Below, piece after piece: positions 36,347-45,413 of a DNA stretch of 64,000 nucleotides (the stretch's first letter is position 1; each line of letters begins with the position of its first letter). Source of the DNA: an uncultured Gammaproteobacteria bacterium (GTDB lineage Bacteria; Patescibacteriota; Microgenomatia; UBA8517; UBA10165); the NCBI GenBank assembly GCA_964366515.1, contig CAYIUF010000001.1, positions 51,388 to 115,387 on the forward strand. The letters are read 5' to 3'. A program made the translations under genes and the position numbers. The notes below the pieces were generated by a model, which worked only from the letters and a program-made list of their open reading frames with translations, had not been told where the DNA came from and ran no database searches.

Positions 36347-37497
36347 GAAACTTAATACTCTTTCTGACCAGTCTTTTTATTTTGCTTGGCGTTGGCGCAA
36401 GTTTTACTGTGCCGTATGTGCATGCCGATTGCGATCAGCTGTGTGAAATCCAAAAGAAAATAGCAGAAACAGAAAAACTAATTACAGATACCCAAAAGCG
36501 AGCATCCACGCTTCAAAACGAAATTTTATATCAAGACAAGCAAATTGAATTAACAATTCTAAAAATTTCGCAAACCGAGACCGAGATTGAATCACTATCA
36601 GGCCAAATAAATAGTCTTGAGATGTCCTTGGCAGGGCTTTCCGAAGTGTTTGCCCAAAGGGTTGTTGCAAGCTACAAAATTAAAAGGCTTGGCGAGCCTG
36701 TAACACTCCTTCTTTCTGCAAGCAATGTCTCCGACTTTATTTCTCGCCTCCATTACCTTCAAAAAATTCAAGCAAATGACAGGGAAACTCTCGTCCAAAT
36801 GCAAACAACCCAATCAAATTACGAGGGACAAAGAGAAAAGCGAGAGGAATTAAAAACAAAACTTGAGTCTCAAAGTGCAAAGCTCGCAGCCCAAAAAGCA
36901 CAAAAACAATATCTTCTACAAGTAACAAGAAACGACGAGAAAAAGTACCAACAACTACTTTCTGCAGCAAAGGCCGAGTTGGAAGCAATCCAAGCCATTA
37001 TTGCGGGAAAAGGATCAGAAACCGAGGTTGGATCAATATCCCAGGGTTCGCGCATAGCTTCAATTATCCAAGGGTCATCGTGTAATTCAAGCGGTGGACA
37101 TGTCCATTTCATTGTTAGCAAAAATGGTATTACGGAAAATCCTTTTAGCTATCTTAAAAGTGTAGATTACGAGAATTGCTCGGGCTCATCCTGCGGATCC
37201 GGCGATGGAGATCCATTTAATCCACAGGGCCAGTGGGATTGGCCAATCTCACCAAAAATAAAGTATAGCCAGGGGTATGGAACAACGTGGGCTGTAAACA
37301 ACTCCTGGGTTGGGAAAATCTACAATTTCCATAATGGAATCGATATAAACAGCGATAACTCAGAAGTCAGGGCCGTAAGGAGCGGCATCTTGTTTCGCGG
37401 AAGCTACTCCGGATCAAGCGGATGCAGTTTAAGATATGTCAGAGTCGACCACGCCGACTCGGATCTGGATACATTTTACCTCCACATAAATTACTGA
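36343..37497 (+). CDS. EnvC/PcsB-like murein hydrolase activator (coiled coil + M23/LytM peptidase domain)
   Basis: Signal/TM segment, long coiled coil (LQNEILYQDKQIELT...), and C-terminal M23 motif FHNGIDIN...VRAVRSGIL. The TTG start overlapping the ftsX stop is preferred over the longer tool ORF (36148). Confidence 0.7.
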   Translation: MRNLILFLTSLFILLGVGASFTVPYVHADCDQLCEIQKKIAETEKLITDTQKRASTLQNEILYQDKQIELTILKISQTETEIESLSGQINSLEMSLAGLSEVFAQRVVASYKIKRLGEPVTLLLSASNVSDFISRLHYLQKIQANDRETLVQMQTTQSNYEGQREKREELKTKLESQSAKLAAQKAQKQYLLQVTRNDEKKYQQLLSAAKAELEAIQAIIAGKGSETEVGSISQGSRIASIIQGSSCNSSGGHVHFIVSKNGITENPFSYLKSVDYENCSGSSCGSGDGDPFNPQGQWDWPISPKIKYSQGYGTTWAVNNSWVGKIYNFHNGIDINSDNSEVRAVRSGILFRGSYSGSSGCSLRYVRVDHADSDLDTFYLHINY

Positions 37498-37509
37498 TAA
37501 TATGGGTTA

Positions 37510-38379
37510 GTGTTAAAAGCACTAATAGTCTTCGTTTCTACGCTCACCTTTGTGGCATTTCCTGCATCTGTTTCCGCTTCAATGTACATCAATGAATTTG
37601 CGTCTGATACTTCTGGAAATACGGGCGACGAAGATTGGGCGGAAATTTACAATAGTGGCCCGGACACAGTAGATCTTTCTCTGTACAGATTAAGGGATAG
37701 CACTCCCACAAACAAAAAAGACCTCTCGGGAAGCCTCCCCGCCGGTGGTTTTGCGGCTTTTGATTGGACAGACCGATTGAACAAGACTGGAGATACTATA
37801 AAGTTGTTGCTAATTGCAGACGAGACCACACCCGTTGATCAAGTGGCATACGGAGACAACTCAGGGAGTGTAATCTCAGCACCAAGCGCTGGCCAATCAG
37901 GCGGGCGCCAATCGGATGGCAACTCTACGTGGGTTTTATTCTCTACTACAAGTAAGGAACACTCAAACAACTCCTCAATTCCAGCCCCCACATCTCCACC
38001 AGCTACCCCAACAACCGTAACTCCTACCCCGGCTCCAGCAACTCCTACTTCCGTACCCCCAACATCAACCCCAACATCAAAACCCACAAGCACACCTACT
38101 CCAAAACCAACAACGTCAAATGCTTCGCCAACTCCAACAACAACCAATATCAATCAAGGCCAAGAAGAGACCGTGCTCGGAATACAAAATGAAAATACTT
38201 TAACAAGCGATGGCCCAACAGAAGCAACCCCAACTCCAAAAACCGCTGGATGGAAAACTCCAGCAATTGCGGCAGTATTAATATTCCCAGGCCTAGGAAT
38301 GATTGGTTATAGCATTTATTCATATTTGAAAAAGGCCAAGGATGGTACTATTGAAGGTAGTGATTTTGAAGATTCTTAA
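37510..38379 (+). CDS. secreted lamin-tail-domain (LTD) protein with Pro/Thr-rich linker and C-terminal membrane anchor
   Basis: Signal peptide. LTD pattern YINEFASD...DWAEIYNSGPDTVDLSLYRL. About 60-residue PT-rich low-complexity tract. C-terminal PKTAG + hydrophobic helix + KKAK. Confidence 0.55.
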   Translation: MLKALIVFVSTLTFVAFPASVSASMYINEFASDTSGNTGDEDWAEIYNSGPDTVDLSLYRLRDSTPTNKKDLSGSLPAGGFAAFDWTDRLNKTGDTIKLLLIADETTPVDQVAYGDNSGSVISAPSAGQSGGRQSDGNSTWVLFSTTSKEHSNNSSIPAPTSPPATPTTVTPTPAPATPTSVPPTSTPTSKPTSTPTPKPTTSNASPTPTTTNINQGQEETVLGIQNENTLTSDGPTEATPTPKTAGWKTPAIAAVLIFPGLGMIGYSIYSYLKKAKDGTIEGSDFEDS

Positions 38380-38749
38380 GCTCTGGCTGCCTCCCGCCCT
38401 TTGGGCCGGATTAATTTTCTACCTTTCCTCTACTGTTCCCGGCTCAGTTTCAGGCCCTCCGTGGATTGATTTTATTATCAAAAAATCAGGACACATGCTC
38501 TTATATGCGGTTTTGTGGATTCTCCTATATCGTGCCACCCACCGGCCTTATCTCTCCTTGCTATTCGCGATAAGCTATTCGCTATCCGATGAATACCACC
38601 AGTCATTCGTTCCTGGAAGACACCCAGCAGTAATGGATGTGGGTTTTGACGCGCTCGGTGGTACAATCGCTCTGTGGGCACAAAAGAGCTTCTTACCAAA
38701 AGCGCCGAAGAAACTAAAAAAGCTGGCCGAGAATTTGGAAATTCTCTAA
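38342..38749 (+). CDS. VanZ-like family membrane protein
   Basis: SDEYHQSFVPGR...DVGFDALGG is a VanZ signature. Start uncertain, since it overlaps upstream and downstream genes. Confidence 0.6.
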   Translation: MVLLKVVILKILKLWLPPALWAGLIFYLSSTVPGSVSGPPWIDFIIKKSGHMLLYAVLWILLYRATHRPYLSLLFAISYSLSDEYHQSFVPGRHPAVMDVGFDALGGTIALWAQKSFLPKAPKKLKKLAENLEIL

Positions 38750-39135
38750 AGGGCGGGGAGGTAATTGGTTTAGTTGGAGATCTTGGAGGAGGCAAAACCA
38801 CATTTGTTCAAGGGATTGCAGAAGCACTCGGAGTTGAAACCAGAACAATTAGCCCCACATTTATAATCGTCCGGGAGTATAAGATAAATAAGAATTTTTC
38901 TTCAACTTCGTATAAAAACAAATTTGGTGGAAATTTATATCATGTTGATTTATATCGGCTTGAGGGGAATCTCAAAAACGAACTCGAAAGTCTTGGAATA
39001 TTAAATTTCGCAAAAGACCCTAAAAACGTGGTCGTTATTGAGTGGGCAGATAAAGCAAGAGAATACCTGCCAGAAAATACAAAGTGGATTACTTTTGAGA
39101 ATTTAGGGAAAAACGAAAGGAAGATTACACTATGA
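38674..39135 (+). CDS. tsaE: tRNA threonylcarbamoyladenosine biosynthesis protein TsaE
   Basis: GDLGGGKTTF P-loop, SPTF, and HVDLYRL motifs. Confidence 0.8.
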   Translation: MGTKELLTKSAEETKKAGREFGNSLKGGEVIGLVGDLGGGKTTFVQGIAEALGVETRTISPTFIIVREYKINKNFSSTSYKNKFGGNLYHVDLYRLEGNLKNELESLGILNFAKDPKNVVVIEWADKAREYLPENTKWITFENLGKNERKITL

Positions 39136-39434
39136 AATTAAGAATAGACACTTCAGATTCTGAAAATATCACAGTCGAAGTAGGGAGTACAAAAATACTC
39201 GCAAGTTCCCGCGAAAAAAAGTCGCAAATGCTTCTTCAATCAATTAAAGAGGCCATTGATAAAGAAAAGGTCTCACTTAGCGACTTAACGCAAATTGAAG
39301 TTAATACGGGCCCCGGGTCGTTTACGGGACTTCGTATGGGGGTGTCCGTTGCAAACGCCCTTGGGTGGTCGCGAAATATACCCGTGAACGGTAAAGATGT
39401 GGGAAAAGACGGCCCCGTGGAACCGCAATATTAA
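39132..39434 (+). CDS. tsaB: TsaB-like protein, N-terminal half only (100 aa)
   Basis: MKLRIDTS... and GPGSFTGLRMGVSVANALG motifs of the YeaZ/TsaB N-terminal domain. ATGA overlap with tsaE. Confidence 0.65.
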   Translation: MKLRIDTSDSENITVEVGSTKILASSREKKSQMLLQSIKEAIDKEKVSLSDLTQIEVNTGPGSFTGLRMGVSVANALGWSRNIPVNGKDVGKDGPVEPQY

Positions 39435-39453
39435 GTGTTATATACTGTTACCA

Positions 39454-40305
39454 ATGCTCACACACCTCACTCACTTTCTCTTTCCGCGAGAAAAAAACAA
39501 TCATAGAGCACACATACTCCACCCGTTCTCTCTGTTTCTGTTTGTAGGAGTCTTCTCAATCCTTCAAATCCTTGTTTCATTCAATCCAAGTTTTATCCCA
39601 AGGGCACTTGGCACAACGATAATAAGTCCCCAAAATATAATCGAACTGGCCAACAAAAAAAGGGCAGAGCTTGGTCTAACGGAGTTAAGAATCGACCCGA
39701 CTTTAAGTAAGTCCGCAGAAACCAAAGGAGCAGACATGATTGCTAGAAATTACTGGGCGCACAATGCACCAGATGGAACAGAACCCTGGCATTTTTTCAA
39801 AGAAGCGGGATATTCCTATAGATTCGCAGGCGAAAACCTTGCTCGTGATTTTACAAACCCGCAAGACGTGATCGACGCATGGATTGCCTCACCCACACAT
39901 AAAGAAAACTTGTTTTCAACCAAATACCAAGAAATTGGAGTTGCAGTTATTGAAGGAAATCTGAAGGGTAAAGACACAGTTCTGGTTATTCAACATTTCG
40001 GGACGAAATTAACAGAAAGCCCAATTGCACAATCACCGCCAATAACCCTTGCGGCAGAAGGATCAATCGAAGGAACATCGTTAGGAAGCGTAAAAGGCTT
40101 CTCACAAGTTGCAAGTTGGTTCTCGCTGACGCGCGGGTTGGGGATCTTCTTGCTTTCCATATTTGTTGTAATTCTGGGAGTTGATATGATTGTAATAAGA
40201 GCAGGCAATATAAATAGATCTGCGTCAAAAAGCCATGCCCATATAATCTTTTTGGTTGCAATAATCCTTGGCGCGCTAGCCCTTAAATCCGGCCTAGTTA
40301 TATAA
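39454..40305 (+). CDS. CAP/SCP (PR-1-like, YkwD-type) domain protein with N- and C-terminal TM segments
   Basis: YWAHNAPDGTEPW...GENLARDF...WIASPTHKENL CAP motifs. Start chosen at the Met 9 nt after a TATACT box. Confidence 0.65.
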   Translation: MLTHLTHFLFPREKNNHRAHILHPFSLFLFVGVFSILQILVSFNPSFIPRALGTTIISPQNIIELANKKRAELGLTELRIDPTLSKSAETKGADMIARNYWAHNAPDGTEPWHFFKEAGYSYRFAGENLARDFTNPQDVIDAWIASPTHKENLFSTKYQEIGVAVIEGNLKGKDTVLVIQHFGTKLTESPIAQSPPITLAAEGSIEGTSLGSVKGFSQVASWFSLTRGLGIFLLSIFVVILGVDMIVIRAGNINRSASKSHAHIIFLVAIILGALALKSGLVI

Positions 40306-40339
40306 TCGCTAAAGCTCATATGTCGAATACGCCATAAAA

Positions 40340-40600
40340 ATGAAACATACACTAAAATATCTTTCCCACCACATGAGCCTAATTGGAATTGCCGCCTTGG
40401 GCCTATGGGGAATAGTCGGGTTTTCTTACGACCCTGCTTTCCAGTCAGCGGTAGTTTTAGCCCTAAGCGTTGCATTTGTTTGGTGGGGCATTGTCCATCA
40501 TTGGCTTCATGAAGGCATGAGGTTTCAGATTATTTTTGAATATGTAGCCGTTGCAGTTTTGGGAGCGGTTGTACTTCTCTCGATTATTTGGAGCAGGTGA
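40340..40600 (+). CDS. hypothetical small membrane protein
   Basis: 86 aa, three hydrophobic helices. Confidence 0.4.
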   Translation: MKHTLKYLSHHMSLIGIAALGLWGIVGFSYDPAFQSAVVLALSVAFVWWGIVHHWLHEGMRFQIIFEYVAVAVLGAVVLLSIIWSR

Positions 40601-41135
40601 GTTCGTGCCTGGCAAGTGGTATACTTCTTGGATGATAATTGGAACAGGCGATGTGTTTACAAGCCCTACAAAAGGCCCACTCGCGCTTGAAGGTGTCATT
40701 GACGAAATAGCCTTATTTGTCGGAGAATCTGCAGAACATTCATATAGAATCGTTATCGGGACAGATTCTCAAGCAAAAAGAACAAATGGCGAGGCTGAAA
40801 TCGACTTTGTAACGGCAGTCGTTGTCCACAGAATTGGCTACGGAGCAAGATATTTTTGGAAAAGAGAGAAACAGAAAAGAAAATACGTTTTGCGCGAAAA
40901 AATCTACACAGAAACCATAAAATCTCTTGAATTTGCAGAAAGCTTTGTTCCAAAAATTAGGGACAGAATAACCTCAGCAAAATATGACTTGGAAATCCAC
41001 ATAGACGTAGGCCCAATTGGCCCTACCCGGGACATGATCAAAGAAATTGTTGGAATGGTCCGAGGCTCGGGCTATACCCCAAAAACCAAGCCCGAATCGT
41101 ATGGCGCCTCTTCAGTCGCCGACCGCCACACCTGA
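40551..41135 (+). CDS. YkuK/DUF458-like (RNase H-like fold) protein
   Basis: RIVIGTDSQ motif characteristic of DUF458. Start uncertain. Confidence 0.45.
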   Translation: MQFWERLYFSRLFGAGEFVPGKWYTSWMIIGTGDVFTSPTKGPLALEGVIDEIALFVGESAEHSYRIVIGTDSQAKRTNGEAEIDFVTAVVVHRIGYGARYFWKREKQKRKYVLREKIYTETIKSLEFAESFVPKIRDRITSAKYDLEIHIDVGPIGPTRDMIKEIVGMVRGSGYTPKTKPESYGASSVADRHT

Positions 41136-41145
41136 ACCTTATAGG

Positions 41146-41174
41146 TTGACAAACTATCGGTTTTGTGGTACAAT
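41146..41174 (+). promoter_or_regulatory. consensus sigma70 promoter TTGACA-17-(TGG)TACAAT
   Basis: TTGACA 41146-41151, exactly 17-nt spacer, extended -10 TGGTACAAT 41166-41174. Drives the 41448 gene through a roughly 265-nt leader. Confidence 0.6.
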
Positions 41175-41447
41175 ATACCGTTCACAAATTGAGGCTATTT
41201 AGCCTCACAAAGTACCTTAATTTAGCCTTAAAGGCAGCATTTCTGGAGTATCTGGAGCGTTGCGTCTAGGTAGCCAGAGAGTTGACTTTAAGACAAGAAA
41301 AAAACATTTGAACAATCCCATAAAACATCCGATCGGATAGTTTTTGTCCACGACTGGCACCCTCAGTACCCATAAACTTTGTGAGTATTGAGAGGGAACG
41401 AAACCGTTTCGTTTCACAAGCACATTTCAGCAAGAAGGAGCACGAAA

Positions 41448-41912
41448 GTGGGAACAGTTCGCGGACAAGTCGCAATCTGCATCCCCGAGGATTTGGCAGC
41501 AATGCGCAAGTCTCTTGGGTTGCCTGACCAGCCTCCCGAGCCATCGTTTGATCTCTCGAGTTTCAACCTCGAAGCCGACAACTGGAGGACTTCGCTTCCC
41601 TTGGAAGAGGAAGACTTCGAGTCCGGCGCGGGTATGATGCATCAGGGCAAGTTGGTCGTCGCAGTCAGAAGTGGCGGCACAAGGCACAGGCACCGGATGC
41701 ACGACGATGAACTGGCATGTGTTGCCTTCATCGCCGCCCGCCGAGCCTACGCAGACACGCGTTTTGAAGATATGCATCTTTTCGATGCTATCCTTGACCG
41801 GCGAATCGAAGCTCGGTTCGGCGCGTCAGAGGAAACCAAAAAGCAGATTCGCCAGCAAATGTCGGACACCTTCGACAAGCTCGACGATCTCTGCGGCCCG
41901 CTCGGCTACTAG
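41448..41912 (+). CDS. hypothetical protein, GC-rich
   Basis: GTG start 7 nt after AAGGAG. 154 aa, no family recognised. Composition visibly GC-richer than flanks. Confidence 0.5.
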   Translation: MGTVRGQVAICIPEDLAAMRKSLGLPDQPPEPSFDLSSFNLEADNWRTSLPLEEEDFESGAGMMHQGKLVVAVRSGGTRHRHRMHDDELACVAFIAARRAYADTRFEDMHLFDAILDRRIEARFGASEETKKQIRQQMSDTFDKLDDLCGPLGY

Positions 41913-41921
41913 GAGGATTTC

Positions 41922-42104
41922 GTGACTAAAGACAGATCGCCGCCCAGAAACAAAGTGAAGCCCGAAGTGAGAAATCAGATTATCAAGGAGCTCAAAAGGG
42001 TTGCCAAGACTGACCCAAGCCCAAGAAACCGCCAGGAGGCACAAAAAAGGCTAGACGCAATTCTCTTAACTGCACCAAAAGACGAAAAGCCCCGTGAGGA
42101 CTAA
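41922..42104 (+). CDS. hypothetical small basic protein
   Basis: 60 aa, K/R/P rich. AGGAGG 6 nt upstream of GTG. Co-oriented with 41448. Confidence 0.45.
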   Translation: MTKDRSPPRNKVKPEVRNQIIKELKRVAKTDPSPRNRQEAQKRLDAILLTAPKDEKPRED

Positions 42105-42125
42105 AATCCAATACCGGGGCTTTAT
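42089..42125 (+). terminator. possible terminator hairpin GCCCCG...CGGGGC + TTTAT
   Basis: 6-bp GC stem with a 20-nt loop followed by a T-rich stretch, overlapping the stop of the small basic ORF. Confidence 0.3.
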
Positions 42126-42157
42126 AATGCTTAAAATACTTGTGGTATATTAGTAAC

Positions 42158-42697
42158 ATGTCTGAAGCAGGCGTTCATCAAGAAGCTCCAACCATTCCAA
42201 CGACAGACGATCCAAAGGAATTTTTCGACCGTTTTCGAGAAAGCAAGTTTTACAAAGACGCCTCAGATGGGTTTTATACAGGCAAGACACTAGCATCAGA
42301 TGTCACCGAAGAAGAAAAAGACCTAGCGTTCTTAGAAAGTGATATCGCAAAAATCGCGCTTATCGACTTCACTCAACAAGAATTAGGATTTCACTACAAC
42401 TATACTAACTACACTCCCGAATCGAGAAAAGCGATTGGAGAATATGTTGCAACAGTTGAAGACCAAGCGGAAATGATTCGCGAAGGAGCAACTCAGCATG
42501 AGATTGCAACTGTAGACGGGATGCGGTTTTTAAACCATGTCGCCGCAGCAAAACAGCTAGTCAAAGACGGAACTGCACCAACAGAGAAAATGGGCAGAGC
42601 CTTGGCGAGACTCATCCTGGTTGATAAAAAACTGGATACATTAAACTCAGCAAGAGAACCAGACGTAAAACGACTCGAAAGAAAACTTGGTGTGTAG
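42158..42697 (+). CDS. hypothetical protein
   Basis: 180-aa ORF. ATG 6 nt after the extended -10 TGGTATATT (42143-42151). No motif recognised. Confidence 0.5.
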   Translation: MSEAGVHQEAPTIPTTDDPKEFFDRFRESKFYKDASDGFYTGKTLASDVTEEEKDLAFLESDIAKIALIDFTQQELGFHYNYTNYTPESRKAIGEYVATVEDQAEMIREGATQHEIATVDGMRFLNHVAAAKQLVKDGTAPTEKMGRALARLILVDKKLDTLNSAREPDVKRLERKLGV

Positions 42698-43372
42698 TTA
42701 ATCCCTCTCCAATAAATCAGGTCGGGTCTTTTTAGTTCGTTCTAATGAAGCGGTTTTTTTCCAAGCCTCTATTTTTTTGTGATTTCCAGACAACAATACT
42801 TCTGGAACTTTCCAACCTCGATACTCTTCAGGCCTTGTGTACTGAGGGTATTCCAGAAGACCATCCTCAAATGACTCATGTATCGTTGCATCCTCTTTTG
42901 TTAAAACACCTGGCAGAAGCCGTACCACCGTGTCAACAACTGCCATTGCAGGAATTTCTCCTCCGGTTAATACATAATCTCCGATTGAAATCTCCTCATC
43001 AATCAAATGCTCCCTTACCCTGTGGTCAACAGTTTCATAATGCGCCGCAATAAGAATCAAATGGTCACACTTCGAAAGTGACCGTGCACTCTTCTGTGTA
43101 AAGGGTTTCCCCCCGGGGTCCAGCAAAATCGTGTGGGAGGTTGGGGATCTTAGGGCTGTTAAGGCTTTGTCGAGAGCCTCCACCATTAAGACCATTCCGG
43201 TTCCACCCCCGTATGGTTTATCATCCACGATCTGGTGCCGACCTTCGGCCCAACCTCTTAGTTGATGAATATGGATTTCTACTAATAACTTGTCCTGAGC
43301 TCGCCGAAGGATGCTCTCAGAAAATGGCCCTTCAAACATCTCCGGAAAAAGAGTTAGTATATCGATTCTCAT
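42698..43372 (-). CDS. trmD: tRNA (guanine37-N1)-methyltransferase
   Basis: SPOUT/TrmD motifs (DILTLFPEM, PYGGGTGMV, GGEIPAM). Confidence 0.95.
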   Translation of the reverse strand: MRIDILTLFPEMFEGPFSESILRRAQDKLLVEIHIHQLRGWAEGRHQIVDDKPYGGGTGMVLMVEALDKALTALRSPTSHTILLDPGGKPFTQKSARSLSKCDHLILIAAHYETVDHRVREHLIDEEISIGDYVLTGGEIPAMAVVDTVVRLLPGVLTKEDATIHESFEDGLLEYPQYTRPEEYRGWKVPEVLLSGNHKKIEAWKKTASLERTKKTRPDLLERD

Positions 43373-43395
43373 ATTTGCATATTGTACACTACCTT

Positions 43396-44142
43396 GTGGC
43401 TAAATTTGTCGTAGTTGTCCCTACCTACAACGAGCGGGAAAATATAAAAAGTTTAATTGACAAAATATGTCTCGTGCTTAAAAACACAAAAGGATGGAAA
43501 ATACTCATAGTTGACGACAACTCCCCAGACGGCACAAGCATGGTTGTACGAAACCACAAATTGTACAAAAAGGAAGTGCACATTCTAATAAAAGAAAAAA
43601 AGGAAGGATTGGGAAATGCCTATCTTGCAGGGATGGGACGAGCGTTTGAAAAAATGGATGCAGATTTTGTAATAACAATGGACGCAGACCATTCCCACAA
43701 ACCGGAATATCTGCCAGTGTTTCTAACGAAAATGTCGGAAGGAAAAGACTTCGTTGTGGGCTCCCGATACATTGGCGAGGGTGCAATCCCCAAAGAGTGG
43801 CCGCTTTATAGAAAAGTATTATCAATTGGTGGAAACTTAATAGTCCCCCTCTTCGTGGGGTCCCGAAAGCTAACTGACTGGACATCCGGTTTCCGTGCCA
43901 TAAGAAAAAACGTCTACCACAAAGTGAGGCCATTAATCTTAAAAGACCATGCGCAAAACAAAGGATATACATTCAACATTTCTTTTGCGTATCACACAGT
44001 GGATTCTAAATTTATGACAGGGGAAGTGCCGATCAAATTCCCAGACAGAAAGCACGGGCAGTCCAAGCTCGGGTTGGAATATCTAATTCATACTCCAATC
44101 TTTTTGATTTCCACTCGACTTGGGAAACTCTTCTCGGTATAG
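43396..44142 (+). CDS. GT2 polyprenyl-phosphate sugar synthase (Dpm1/PpgS-like)
   Basis: GTG start gives VAKFVVVVPTYNERENI. DDNSPDGT, DADHSH (DxD) motifs. The tool ORF 43141 is N-extended into trmD and was rejected. Confidence 0.8.
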   Translation: MAKFVVVVPTYNERENIKSLIDKICLVLKNTKGWKILIVDDNSPDGTSMVVRNHKLYKKEVHILIKEKKEGLGNAYLAGMGRAFEKMDADFVITMDADHSHKPEYLPVFLTKMSEGKDFVVGSRYIGEGAIPKEWPLYRKVLSIGGNLIVPLFVGSRKLTDWTSGFRAIRKNVYHKVRPLILKDHAQNKGYTFNISFAYHTVDSKFMTGEVPIKFPDRKHGQSKLGLEYLIHTPIFLISTRLGKLFSV

Positions 44143-44183
44143 TGAAAACACAATGAAAATAGTAATAATGGCGTAACCGACAT

Positions 44184-45413
44184 ATGAACGTAGTGATTAT
44201 AATCCCCACATACAACGAAGCCGAAAACATCGGCCGAATGCTCGACATCTTAGTAACAGAAGAGCTGCCCAAGATTAAAGACAATAAAGTCGAAATCCTT
44301 GTAGTCGACTCAAAATCCCCAGACGGAACTGCAAATATCGTCCGCGAGAAAATGAAAAAGTACAAACAGGTGAACATTCTCGAAACTGACAAAGGGGGAC
44401 TAGGAGCAGACTATGTAAAAGGAATGCGATATGCAATGCAAACCCTAAAAGCAGATGCTGTCATGGAGTTTGATGCTGACTTCCAACATGATCCTCGGGA
44501 TATAAAGAGGTTGATTGCCGCAATGGACGGCGGAGCAGATCATGTAATCGGGTCGCGTTACATAAAGGGCGGGGCAATACCTAAAGAATGGGGAATCCAC
44601 AGAAAAGCAATGAGTTTTTTTGGAAGTCAATTTGCACGCCTTGTTTTATTTTTGTTCGGCGTCCATGACATGACATCCGGGTTTAAACTTACAAAGTCTG
44701 AATTTCTGGGAAAAGTTGATCTTGAACATCTTTACTCGAAATACTATGCCTATAAAATCCAGATTACATATGAATTGGCAAAACTTGGAGCAGGTATTGT
44801 AGAGGTACCGATAATTTTCTACGAAAGAAAAGAGGGGACGTCAAAAATCTCTCGAAAAGATCTGATAGATTCTTTTTTGGTTGTAGTAAAGCTTCGCATT
44901 AGAGACTCAAAAAGATTTTTGAAATTTGGTGTTGTGGGGCTTTTGGGTTTTACAATAAACGCAATAGCCTTGGAGGTTTTTGCAAGAATGGCATTTACTG
45001 CAAGCCTTGCAAGCTGGTATGGGATAGTAACACCGGTTCCCTCTTTCCATGTACTATCCCAACCATCTGCCTGGGCTGCTGCAGCCGCAGCAGAAGTTGC
45101 CATAATCTCAAACTTTTTCCTCAATAATTATTGGACGTTCGCGGGGAAAAGCATCACTTCACCGGTAAGGTTTGTATGGAAATTTGCCCAATTTAATTTA
45201 ACTTCAATTGGGGCCGTTGTTATACAGGCAGTCGTAATCGGATTTGCAGTATTTTTATTCGGGGACAAAACTGTCGTTCGCCAGCTGGCACTAGTTTTAG
45301 CAGTCGGAGCCTTTATTGTCCCCTACAACTATACAATGTATAACGTATTCATTTGGAAGACCTGGAAAGTTCCCGGGCTAGGTTGGATTCAAAACAGAAA
45401 AGGCACTTCCTAA
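44184..45413 (+). CDS. GT2 polyprenyl-phosphate sugar synthase fused to C-terminal GtrA-like membrane domain
   Basis: IIIPTYNEAENI, VDSKSPDGT, DADFQHD motifs. C-terminal 4-TM GtrA-like segment (KFGVVGLLGFTIN...NNYWTF). Confidence 0.8.
   Translation: MNVVIIIPTYNEAENIGRMLDILVTEELPKIKDNKVEILVVDSKSPDGTANIVREKMKKYKQVNILETDKGGLGADYVKGMRYAMQTLKADAVMEFDADFQHDPRDIKRLIAAMDGGADHVIGSRYIKGGAIPKEWGIHRKAMSFFGSQFARLVLFLFGVHDMTSGFKLTKSEFLGKVDLEHLYSKYYAYKIQITYELAKLGAGIVEVPIIFYERKEGTSKISRKDLIDSFLVVVKLRIRDSKRFLKFGVVGLLGFTINAIALEVFARMAFTASLASWYGIVTPVPSFHVLSQPSAWAAAAAAEVAIISNFFLNNYWTFAGKSITSPVRFVWKFAQFNLTSIGAVVIQAVVIGFAVFLFGDKTVVRQLALVLAVGAFIVPYNYTMYNVFIWKTWKVPGLGWIQNRKGTS

Noticed and set aside
38330-38379. PKTAG C-terminus of the lamin-tail protein as a bona fide sortase signal
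   Set aside because: It is one residue off LPXTG (an extra Ala). It could be an ordinary C-terminal TM anchor. It is reported only as a possibility within a finding.
41351-41375. Resemblance of CACGACTGGCACC in the leader to the ZTP (pfl) riboswitch core GACUGGCG
   Set aside because: The obligatory 3' pseudoknot partner (CCGCCUGGGCA-like) is absent downstream. The match is too short to be meaningful.
41175-41447. Checked the long leader for SRP RNA, RNase P RNA, tmRNA, TPP/FMN/glycine/SAM/purine riboswitch signatures
   Set aside because: None of the invariant motifs (AGGUCCGGAAGGAAGCAGC, GGAAAGUCCGG, CUGAGA...ACCUGAUCUGGAUAAUGCCAGCG and so on) are present. It is left as an unclassified structured leader.
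41427-41925. Alternative ORFs in the GC-rich cassette (minus 41427-41777, plus 41671-41925)
   Set aside because: High-GC DNA generates long spurious ORFs. Only the frame starting at GTG 41448 has an SD (AAGGAG at 7 nt) and is co-linear with the second SD-led ORF.
43141-43395. Tool ORF 43141-44142 extending the GT2 enzyme 85 aa upstream
   Set aside because: The extension overlaps the trmD coding region on the opposite strand and is proline/arginine-rich junk. The in-frame GTG at 43396 yields the canonical GT2 N-terminus VVVVPTYNE.
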